DNA of 32,000 nt from Acidimicrobiales bacterium (GTDB lineage: Bacteria > Actinomycetota > Acidimicrobiia > Acidimicrobiales > Iamiaceae): positions 1 to 32,000 of the forward strand of contig JAOBWM010000006.1 of assembly GCA_025463365.1 (NCBI GenBank), read 5' to 3'. Positions within the stretch are counted from its first letter, which is position 1. Every line of letters starts with the position of its first letter. Under the pieces are notes generated by a model. The model searched no databases and was not told where the DNA came from. It was given only the letters and a program-made list of their open reading frames with translations. A program made the translations under genes and the position numbers. Positions 7,484-14,451 of this stretch are shown here, one piece after another.

Positions 7484-8308
7484 TCACCCGAAGAGGTCGC
7501 GCCGTGGGTCGTCGGTGTACGACGGCGGGCGCCCGGCGGCGAACGCCCGCATGGCTTCGGGCAGGTTCTCGGTGAAGCCGAGCATGAGTTGGTTGCGGTC
7601 CTCGAGTTCCATGGCGGCGGCGAGGCTCGAGATCTCGAGGTTGGCCCATGCCGTGCTCTTCGTCATCGCCAGCCCGTACGCGCTGTAGCCGGCCATCGTC
7701 GTGGCGGTCTGCACGGCGAGGTCGACCACCTCCTCGCTGGGCACCACCCGCGACACCAGGCCCATCCGGTGGGCTTCGTGAGCCCCGACCACCCGGCCGG
7801 TCAGCAGGAGATCGTTGCTGTGGGCCGCGCCGACGAGGCGGGGGAGGAGCCACGACGCCCCCATCTCGGTGCTGGTGAGCCCGTTGACGATCCCCGTCGC
7901 GTTGAAGCGGGCGCCGGCGGCGGCGAAGCGGAGGTCGGCGGCGAGGCTGAGGCACATGCCCCCGCCGTAGGCGTCGCCGTTCACCGCCGCGATCACGGGT
8001 TGAGGCAAGGACCGCAGCAGCGGAGTCAGGCGGGAGTAGGCGTACATCGAGCGTTGGGCGATGCGGCCCATCGGCAGCCCGTCGATGCCCGGCAGCGCGC
8101 CGTGGTCCTTGAGGTCGAGCCCTGAGCAGAACGCCCGGCCCGCGCCGGTCAGGACCACGACCCGGCACGAGTTGTCCGCGGCGACGGTGCCGAGCACCTC
8201 GGCCAGCTCGAGGACGAGCTCGATGCTCATGGCGTTGAGACGGTCGGGGCGGTTCAGCGTGACCACGGTGACGTGGTCGGCGGGGTGGTCGACGAGCACG
8301 ACGGACAT
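7484..8308 (-). CDS. Enoyl-CoA hydratase/isomerase (crotonase) family protein
   Basis: 274-aa ORF with LNRPDRLNAM, VVLTGAGRAFCSGLDL and AAVNGDAYGGGMCLSLAADLR, the crotonase-fold oxyanion-hole motifs. Confidence 0.85.
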   Translation of the reverse strand: MSVVLVDHPADHVTVVTLNRPDRLNAMSIELVLELAEVLGTVAADNSCRVVVLTGAGRAFCSGLDLKDHGALPGIDGLPMGRIAQRSMYAYSRLTPLLRSLPQPVIAAVNGDAYGGGMCLSLAADLRFAAAGARFNATGIVNGLTSTEMGASWLLPRLVGAAHSNDLLLTGRVVGAHEAHRMGLVSRVVPSEEVVDLAVQTATTMAGYSAYGLAMTKSTAWANLEISSLAAAMELEDRNQLMLGFTENLPEAMRAFAAGRPPSYTDDPRRDLFG

Positions 8309-8350
8309 GGGCGCGTTCCTAGCCGATCCCCGTCGGTAGGCTCGGCGACC

Positions 8351-8641
8351 GTGTCCGACAGCCAGATCCCCTCTCCGTCGACCTCGCCCGGCGGCGAGCA
8401 GGAGCTCGAGGTCGACCTAGCCTCGTTCCTCCCCGACGGCGTGACGCTGGCCGAGGCCGACGATCGGCCCCCGGTCGACACCGCCGCGCTCGAGCAGATC
8501 GAGACGGACCTGGCTGCTGTCGATGCGGCCCTCGCCGCGCTCGATGCCGGCACCTACGGTCGCTGCACCACCTGCGACGAACCGGTCGACGACGCCCTCC
8601 TCGCCGTCGACCCGACCCACCTCACGTGCGCCGCCCACTGA
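8351..8641 (+). CDS. DksA/TraR-like zinc-finger protein (start uncertain)
   Basis: The C-terminus reads LDAGTYGRCTTCDEPVDDALLAVDPTHLTCAAH. This fits the DksA/TraR pattern G-x-YG-x-C-x2-C...C-x2-(C/H). GTG 8351 is the first in-frame start clear of the divergent crotonase gene. Confidence 0.5.
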   Translation: MSDSQIPSPSTSPGGEQELEVDLASFLPDGVTLAEADDRPPVDTAALEQIETDLAAVDAALAALDAGTYGRCTTCDEPVDDALLAVDPTHLTCAAH

Positions 8642-8648
8642 CGCTGTC

Positions 8649-9152
8649 TCAGCAGTCGTCGCCGAGCGGATCGGCGTCGACGCCCACATCACCCGACTTG
8701 GCGATCAGGTAGCCCTCGGCCCGTTCGAGCAGCGGGTACCGCCGAGCCAGGGCCTGGAACGCCGCTCCGTGGGAGTGCTCCACGAGGTGGGCCAGCTCGT
8801 GGACGATCACTGCGTCGATCACCCAGGGCGGATACGTCGCCATGCGGTCGGACAACCGGATCACGCCGGTGGTGGGCGTGCACGACCCCCAGCGGTGCGC
8901 CTGGTTCGTGACCCACCGGATCTCCGTGGGCGCCGGCAGGTCGAACCGCTTGGCCAGCCGCTCCGCCCGGGTCGTGAGGTCGACGCCCTCGGATGCGTTG
9001 GTCCGCGCGTACCGGCGGCGGAACACCTCCACGAGCCGCGCCTCCTCGGCCTTGGTGGAGCGGGCGGGGATGCGGACCTCGAGGCGGCCCTCGACCATGC
9101 GGGCCTGCGCCGTCTTGCGGCGCTTGGCACTCCGGATGACGACGACCTCCAT
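8649..9152 (-). CDS. DUF45 / YgjP-like (M48-type) zinc metallopeptidase
   Basis: 167 aa from ATG 9152 (MEVVVIRSAKRRK...) with an HELAHLVEHSH zinc motif and the WGSC..G.IRLS pattern of DUF45. The longer track ORF (to 9752) overlaps the next gene out of frame. Confidence 0.75.
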   Translation of the reverse strand: MEVVVIRSAKRRKTAQARMVEGRLEVRIPARSTKAEEARLVEVFRRRYARTNASEGVDLTTRAERLAKRFDLPAPTEIRWVTNQAHRWGSCTPTTGVIRLSDRMATYPPWVIDAVIVHELAHLVEHSHGAAFQALARRYPLLERAEGYLIAKSGDVGVDADPLGDDC

Positions 9153-9172
9153 CGCGTGCGCTCCGGCGCCCA

Positions 9173-9808
9173 CTAGATCCGGTCGGCTTCGATCGCCAGG
9201 GTGTCGGCCGGGTCGACCAGCGACAGCCGCGGGCCCAGCGAGAGCCGATCGTCCACGACCTCGATCCAGCAGGAGTCCAGGTTGGAGAGCCGGCCCCGTC
9301 CGGGCGATCCGAGTCGGCGTTCGATGGCGTAGACGACGCCGCCGTGGGTGACGGCCAGCACGTCGCCATCGGGGACGAGCCGGCCGAGGGCCACGAGCGC
9401 GACCTCGACCCGGTCCCACAGCGCTTCGTCCGACTCCCAGTCGGCGGGCCAGGTGGGCTGGCCGTCGGCGCCGGGCACGAACCCGGCCGGGTCGTCGGGG
9501 AGGAGGCCGGGGAAGCGGTCGTGGATCTCGGGTCGGGTGAGGCCCGAGAGCGCGCCGGCGTCGCGCTCGCGCAGGCGCGGCTCGACGACCACGGGTTCGA
9601 TGCCGAGCAGCCGGGCGATGATCGCCCCGGTGTCGGCGGCCCGTTCGAGGTCGGAGGTCACGATGGCGTCGACGGTGCCCACCGACGCGGCGGCCGATGC
9701 CGCCTGGCTCCGGCCCCGGTCGCTCAGCGGCGGATCGGCCTGGCCCTGCCACCGGCCGTCGGCGTTCCAGGTGGACTCACCATGGCGGACGAGCAGGATG
9801 CGGGTCAT
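9173..9808 (-). CDS. Histidine phosphatase family protein (phosphoglycerate-mutase-like)
   Basis: Starts MTRILLVRHGESTWN (RHG catalytic motif) and has a second His motif, VLAVTHGGV. It lies 20 nt upstream of the DUF45 gene on the same strand. Confidence 0.85.
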   Translation of the reverse strand: MTRILLVRHGESTWNADGRWQGQADPPLSDRGRSQAASAAASVGTVDAIVTSDLERAADTGAIIARLLGIEPVVVEPRLRERDAGALSGLTRPEIHDRFPGLLPDDPAGFVPGADGQPTWPADWESDEALWDRVEVALVALGRLVPDGDVLAVTHGGVVYAIERRLGSPGRGRLSNLDSCWIEVVDDRLSLGPRLSLVDPADTLAIEADRI

Positions 9809-9879
9809 GGGTCCGCCACCGTATCGGCGCCGCCAGGATGGGAGCCACGGCGGCACCGTCGGTAGGCTCCCTGCCTGCC

Positions 9880-10122
9880 ATGGCCGTCCTCCGGCTCTTC
9901 GCCGCTGCCCGGACCGCTGCCGGAACGTCCCGGGACCACCTGCCGGGCGCCACGGTGGCCGATGTCCTCGATGCCGCCGTCGCCCGCTACGGCGACGACT
10001 TCGGCGCGGTCCTGCCCACCTGCGCGGTGTGGCTCAACGGTGAACCGGCCGACCGAGACGCACCCGTGACGGCCGACGACGAGGTAGCCGTCCTGCCGCC
10101 GGTGTCGGGCGGGGCCTGGTGA
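9880..10122 (+). CDS. MoaD/ThiS-family ubiquitin-like sulfur-carrier-type protein with a GG-AW C-terminus
   Basis: 80 aa. The pattern VRLFAAAR...G....V.DVL..........DDEVAVLPPVSGG fits MoaD. Two extra residues (AW) follow the diglycine. The stop overlaps the next start (GTGA). Confidence 0.7.
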   Translation: MAVLRLFAAARTAAGTSRDHLPGATVADVLDAAVARYGDDFGAVLPTCAVWLNGEPADRDAPVTADDEVAVLPPVSGGAW

Positions 10123-11360
10123 CCCCGGCGACCCCGCCCACCGGCGATCCCGGTGGCCCTCGCCGGCCGCCCCCGCGCCGGTCCGCCAGGCCCGCCATAC
10201 CCGCAGCGCCGTCCAAGCCGGCATCGCCATCCAAGGCGGCAGCGCCGTCCAAGGCGGCATCGCCCTCCAAGCCGGCAGCGCCGTCCAAGCGGGCAGCGCC
10301 GGCGAAGCCCGCCGGACCGGACCGGACCCGGGCCAAGGCCCCGATCCCGGACCCGCCGGGTCCGCGTCCCGAGCGTGCACCGCGCCGGCGAGGTCCGGCA
10401 CCGGCGCCGGTGGTCCGCCACGGCGTGACCTTCCGCGAGCCGGTGGCGCCGCCCGCGCCCGCACCGACCCAGGCCGTCGCTGCGTCGGACGCCGCCCGCG
10501 TGGCCGAGTCTCCGCCTGCGCCGGTCGTCGAGGCCGACCCGCGTCCCGTCCTGCTCCCCGCGGTCCCGTCGCACAGCTCGACGTTCCGGCAGCGCTTCGG
10601 CGTGGTCTACGACACGCAGGGCCCCAAGGTCCGCCTCGGCGTCGGCTGGGCAATCGCGGTGATCGTCGCCCTCGGCGCGAGGCCCCTGCGCCCGTACGGC
10701 CTGGCCGGGCTGTTCGCGATCGTCGCCGGTGCCGCCGCCGCCCAGATCCTCGATGCCCACCGCGGGCGCGACACCACCTCGGACCGACGGGTGGCCGCAT
10801 ACGGGGCATCGGCCCTGCCGATCCTCGCCACCGCTGGTGGCCGGGCGCTGGGTGTGGGCATCCTCGCCCTCGTGGCCGTCTCGCTGGTGGGCGTCGTGTT
10901 CTTCCCCGACGCCCACCGCGCGCTGTTCTCGCGGGCCGGCCACATCGTCGCGGCCGCCACGATCTGCGGCGGCGCGGCCGCCTCCCTCGTCCTGCTCGCC
11001 GACTACGAGATCGGCGCCGTCATCATCCTCCTCACGTTCGTCCTGGTGTACGACGCGAGCGACTACGTCGTGGGCTCGGGCGCGAGCAACGGCGTCGAGG
11101 GTCCGCTGGCGGGCATCTTGTTCATCGCCGTGACCGCGTTCCTGTTCGCGGAGACCCACGGCCCGCCGTTCCACGGCGGCGACATCTGGAGCTTCGCGGT
11201 GCTGGCGATGCTCGGCTGCCCCCTCGGCCAACTGGTCGCCTCCGCCCTCCTGCCGCAGGCCGGCTCGCGCGCGCCGGCGCTGCGACGGCTGGATTCGCTG
11301 CTCGTGGTCGCTCCGGCCTGGGCGGGCCTCGTCGGCCTGTACCTCGCACGGGTCACCTGA
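10119..11360 (+). CDS. Pro/Ala-rich N-terminal region plus polytopic membrane domain with degenerate CdsA-like (CTP_transf_1) remnants
   Basis: 413-aa ORF. Residues 1-165 are a low-complexity P/A/S/K region. Residues 170-413 contain about 7 hydrophobic segments with YDASDYVVGSG, PFHGGD and RRLDSLLVVAP, reminiscent of CdsA motifs. The start codon is uncertain (GTG 10119, coupled to the upstream gene). Confidence 0.55.
   Translation: MTPATPPTGDPGGPRRPPPRRSARPAIPAAPSKPASPSKAAAPSKAASPSKPAAPSKRAAPAKPAGPDRTRAKAPIPDPPGPRPERAPRRRGPAPAPVVRHGVTFREPVAPPAPAPTQAVAASDAARVAESPPAPVVEADPRPVLLPAVPSHSSTFRQRFGVVYDTQGPKVRLGVGWAIAVIVALGARPLRPYGLAGLFAIVAGAAAAQILDAHRGRDTTSDRRVAAYGASALPILATAGGRALGVGILALVAVSLVGVVFFPDAHRALFSRAGHIVAAATICGGAAASLVLLADYEIGAVIILLTFVLVYDASDYVVGSGASNGVEGPLAGILFIAVTAFLFAETHGPPFHGGDIWSFAVLAMLGCPLGQLVASALLPQAGSRAPALRRLDSLLVVAPAWAGLVGLYLARVT
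10209..10316 (+). repeat. In-frame 18-bp tandem repeat x6 encoding PSKxAx hexapeptides
   Basis: Encodes PSKPAS PSKAAA PSKAAS PSKPAA PSKRAA PAKPAG (residues 31-66 of the membrane protein). Read directly from the DNA and its translation. Confidence 0.85.
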
Positions 11361-11413
11361 ACGAGCCCCCTCGAGCCGGCCGGGCTCCGCTCCGCAGGTC
11401 GATCCTTCGGCAC

Positions 11414-11441
11414 TAAGGTCGACCACGGCCCGTGCCGATCA
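11414..11441 (+). promoter_or_regulatory. Candidate sigma-28 / FliA / WhiG-type promoter upstream of the RsiG-like gene
   Basis: TAAG-N16-GCCGATCA compared with the consensus TAAA-N15/16-GCCGATAA. The -10 element ends 19 nt before the TTG start, so the predicted short leader still contains the AGGAG SD. Alternative reading: TAAGGT (11414-11419) is a housekeeping TANNNT -10 box. Confidence 0.4.
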
Positions 11442-11460
11442 CGTAGGTCAGGAGAGACCA

Positions 11461-12003
11461 TTGGACGCGGAGCTCGATCGGATCCTCGACGATCACTACC
11501 TCGACGGGTTGGAAGACCGGTCGATGGTCCAGGTGCGCGAGCTGCGAGCGGAATGCCAGGCGGTGGAGACCCAGCTGTCGTACCTGCGCCGGCTGGTCCA
11601 GGGCCAGCACGACATCGTCACCGGCGAGATCACGCGCCGCCAGGGCGGCGGTGACCCCGACGACGTCCACGGGCTGGTCGAGCGCCTGCCGGAGATCCTC
11701 GCCGACCGGATCCACGCCCCGGGCCCGGGCCGCCTCCCCGTCGGCATGGAACCGCGGGAGCTCTCGGGCTCGCTCGTCGACCGGTTGGATGCCATCACCG
11801 CCACCGTCCAGCTGGAATCCACCGGGGCAGCCTCGGTCGACGACCTGCTGGGCGTGGCGGCCGAACTGGAGACCCTCGAGCACGACGTCTCCTCCCTGCG
11901 CCGAGCCCTGTTCGATCGGATCGATCCGCTCCAGGCCGAGATCACGAGGCGCTACAAGGCCGGCGAGGCCCACGTCGACGACCTGCTGACCGGCGAGGGC
12001 TGA
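11461..12003 (+). CDS. RsiG-like c-di-GMP-binding anti-sigma factor candidate
   Basis: 180-aa acidic, helical ORF. TTG start with AGGAG (11450-11454) 6 nt upstream. E36-x3-S40-x2-R43-x3-Q47-x3-D51 is an exact match to the RsiG signature. The second copy, E140-x3-S144-x2-R147-x3-F151-x3-D155, differs only at Q->F. The C-terminal RRYKAGEAHVDDLL is also RsiG-like as I recall it. Confidence 0.65.
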   Translation: MDAELDRILDDHYLDGLEDRSMVQVRELRAECQAVETQLSYLRRLVQGQHDIVTGEITRRQGGGDPDDVHGLVERLPEILADRIHAPGPGRLPVGMEPRELSGSLVDRLDAITATVQLESTGAASVDDLLGVAAELETLEHDVSSLRRALFDRIDPLQAEITRRYKAGEAHVDDLLTGEG

Positions 12004-12093
12004 TCGTCTGCGCCCGCGAGCCCTGCTCGCGGAAGGCAATGAGGTGCTCGCGCCGGTTGGGGACGCGCGCCGGTGCCGCCCTAGCCTGGCCCC

Positions 12094-12573
12094 ATGAGCG
12101 AGCTCGAGACCCGGTGGCACGACCTGGGCGAGTTCATCCGCGAGCAGCGACGTGTCGGACATCTGTCGCTGCGGAAGCTCTCGGAGATGGCCGGGATCTC
12201 GAACCCCTACCTCAGCCAGATCGAGCGTGGCCTGCGCAAGCCGTCCGCCGAGATCCTCCAGCAGATCGCCCGGGCGCTCGAGATCAGCTCGGAGACGCTC
12301 TACGTGCGGGCCGGCATCCTCGAGGCCCGCGAGGGCGACACCGACCTGGTCACCGAGATCCGGCGCGATCCGTGGATCAACGAGGAGCAGAAGAAGACGC
12401 TGGTGCAGATCTACGAGTCGTTCCGGGCCGAGCGGCGTGCCGCCGGCTTCGATGCCGACGTCATCCCGAACGCGGCCCACGCCGCCGCGCTCGCCGCCCT
12501 GCGCGAGACCGACGAGGCGGCCGAGCGGCGCACCTCCGGGGATCCGGAATCCGAGGCGCTCGCCGGGCGTTGA
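12094..12573 (+). CDS. XRE-family helix-turn-helix transcriptional regulator
   Basis: 159-aa ORF with the HTH region LSLRKLSEMAGISNPYLSQIERGLRKPSAEILQQIARAL. TAGCCT lies 6 nt upstream of the ATG, a leaderless-type layout. Confidence 0.8.
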   Translation: MSELETRWHDLGEFIREQRRVGHLSLRKLSEMAGISNPYLSQIERGLRKPSAEILQQIARALEISSETLYVRAGILEAREGDTDLVTEIRRDPWINEEQKKTLVQIYESFRAERRAAGFDADVIPNAAHAAALAALRETDEAAERRTSGDPESEALAGR

Positions 12574-12583
12574 ACGTCGGGCC

Positions 12584-13795
12584 ATGACCGAGCTCGCCGT
12601 CCTGTCCCTCCATTCGTCGCCGCTGGCGCAGCCCGGCACGGGTGACAGCGGCGGGATGAACGTGTACGTCCGGGAGCTGGCGGCCGCACTGGCCCAGGCG
12701 GGCGTCGAGACGTCGGTCTTCGTGCGGCGGTGGGCCGACGACCTGCCCGCCGAGGTGTCCGTCGAGCCCGGGTTCCGCGTGGTCCACATCGAGGCCGGCC
12801 CCACGGACCTGCCCAAGGAAGCCCTGGCCGACACCGTCGAAGCGTTCACCGACGGCGTGGCCAGCCACCTCGCCCACCGTCCCGTCGACGTGATCCACGC
12901 CAACTACTGGCTGTCGGGGGCGGCGGGCCATCGCTTGAAGCACCGGCTCGACCTTCCGCTGGTGTCCACGTTCCACACCCTCGCCCGGGTGAAGGCCGAG
13001 ACCGGCGATCCCGAGCCGAGTCGCCGCGTCGACGCCGAATCCGAGGTCATCGGCTGCTCGGACGTGATCCTCGCAAACTCCGTCGAGGAGGTCGCCCAGC
13101 TCGAGCGGCTGTACGGCGCCGACCCGTCGCGCATCGAGATCGTGCCGCCCGGCGTCGAGCACGCCTTCTTCTCTCCGGGTGATCGGCGGGGCGCTCGCGA
13201 TGCGCTCGGCCTCGGCGACCACCCGGTGCTGCTGTTCGTCGGTCGCATCCAGCCGCTGAAGGGCCTTTCGGTCGCCGTCGGCGCCCTCGCCGCCCTCGGC
13301 CGCCCCGACGCCGAGCTGGTGGTCGTCGGCGGGCCGAGCGGGGCCGAAGGCGAGGCTGAGCTGGCCCGGGTCGTGGCCCAGGCCGATCGCCTGGGCGTCA
13401 CCGACCGCATCCGGTTCGTCCCGGCCCAGCCGCACCACCTGCTCTCCACCTACTACCGCGCCGCCGACGTCGTGCTCGTCCCCAGCCGTTCGGAGTCGTT
13501 CGGCCTGGTGGCCCTCGAGGCCGCCGCCTGCGGTGTGCCTGTGGTGGCCACCGCGGTGGGAGGCCTGCGCACGCTCGTGGACCACGGCCGGACCGGCCTG
13601 CTGGTGCATCGTCGCGAGCCGGAGGCGTTTGCGTCGGCCGTCGCGCAGGTCCTCCATGACCCCGCTTGGGCCGCGGCCCTCGGTGCCGCGGCCGCCGAGC
13701 GGGCACGTGGGTTCACCTGGTCCACGGCCGCCGCCCGCTTGCGCCGCGTGTACGGCGACCTGGCCACCCGCGCCCCGCTCGACTGCGCGGTCTGA
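12584..13795 (+). CDS. mshA: D-inositol-3-phosphate glycosyltransferase (mycothiol biosynthesis, GT4)
   Basis: 403 aa from ATG 12584. Contains LSLHSSPLAQPGTGDSGGMNVYV, the characteristic MshA N-terminus, and the GT4 C-terminal motif PSRSESFGLVALEAAACGVPVV. The track ORF's upstream extension overlaps the XRE gene out of frame. Confidence 0.9.
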   Translation: MTELAVLSLHSSPLAQPGTGDSGGMNVYVRELAAALAQAGVETSVFVRRWADDLPAEVSVEPGFRVVHIEAGPTDLPKEALADTVEAFTDGVASHLAHRPVDVIHANYWLSGAAGHRLKHRLDLPLVSTFHTLARVKAETGDPEPSRRVDAESEVIGCSDVILANSVEEVAQLERLYGADPSRIEIVPPGVEHAFFSPGDRRGARDALGLGDHPVLLFVGRIQPLKGLSVAVGALAALGRPDAELVVVGGPSGAEGEAELARVVAQADRLGVTDRIRFVPAQPHHLLSTYYRAADVVLVPSRSESFGLVALEAAACGVPVVATAVGGLRTLVDHGRTGLLVHRREPEAFASAVAQVLHDPAWAAALGAAAAERARGFTWSTAAARLRRVYGDLATRAPLDCAV

Positions 13796-13840
13796 CCCCG
13801 GCCCGGGCTGGCCCACAGCGCGGCTGGGTAGCGTCGGGCC

Positions 13841-14305
13841 GTGCCCGAACCTGCGACCGAAGCCGAGCTCGACGAGCTGGAGGCGCGCATCGACGACTGG
13901 GCGGCGCGGGAGCTGGCTGCCAACCCGACGGTCGCGTCGGTCGACCGGGCCGAGGAGCCCGACATCCGCCGCTGGTACGTCCGCCTCCGCGGCGAGGAGA
14001 AGGACACCTTCACGGTGTGGTTCACGCTCCGCCAACGCACCCTCCACTACGAGACCTACGTGATGCCGGCGGCCGAGGAGGACCACGAACGGTTCTACGA
14101 GCACCTCCTGCGCCGCAACCTCCGCTTCAACGGCGCCGCCTTCACGATCGGCGAGGAGGACGCGGTGTTCCTCGTGGGCCAGATCCCGGTGCAGGCCGTC
14201 ACCGACGACGAGCTCGATCGCATCCTCGGCTCGCTCTACGCCTACGTCGAGCAGTGCTTCCGCCCGGCCCTGCGCATCGGCTTCGCCTCGCGATTCAAGG
14301 ACTGA
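13841..14305 (+). CDS. YbjN-domain protein (the conserved actinobacterial partner downstream of mshA)
   Basis: 154-aa acidic ORF with a GTG start. It has the position and size of the conserved hypothetical that follows mshA in mycobacteria. The YbjN-like pattern (W.V.L.GE.K......F.L....L) is recognised by eye only. Confidence 0.6.
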   Translation: MPEPATEAELDELEARIDDWAARELAANPTVASVDRAEEPDIRRWYVRLRGEEKDTFTVWFTLRQRTLHYETYVMPAAEEDHERFYEHLLRRNLRFNGAAFTIGEEDAVFLVGQIPVQAVTDDELDRILGSLYAYVEQCFRPALRIGFASRFKD

Positions 14306-14451
14306 ACCGGCGGGTACGGTGCCCGGACCGGCGGAACGGTGACATCGGGGAAGGTGCACCGCCGCCCGGACTCGCCAGGCACCGTCGACCCGGTTGGTCA
14401 AGCCGAGGTCGGCGGCGGCCCGGCCCCTGAGGGGTCGCCTACCCTGCGCCC

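Noticed and set aside
9153-9752. The upstream extension of the DUF45 ORF (367 aa in the track). Likewise 9809-9856 for the phosphatase ORF and 28350-28394 for the GGDEF-EAL ORF.
   Set aside because: The extensions overlap neighbouring genes out of frame or have artefact-like composition. The conserved domain N-termini coincide with the internal starts I chose.
9820-9835. GCCGATAC on the minus strand upstream of the histidine phosphatase gene, considered as a second sigma-28/WhiG-type -10 element.
   Set aside because: There is no TAAA-like -35 element at the required 15-16 nt spacing, and GCCGAT hexamers are common in this composition.
12152-12583. The 144-codon upstream extension of the mshA ORF in the track.
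   Set aside because: It overlaps the well-supported XRE regulator gene in another frame and translates to an Arg/Ser/Pro-rich string. The recognisable MshA sequence begins at ATG 12584.
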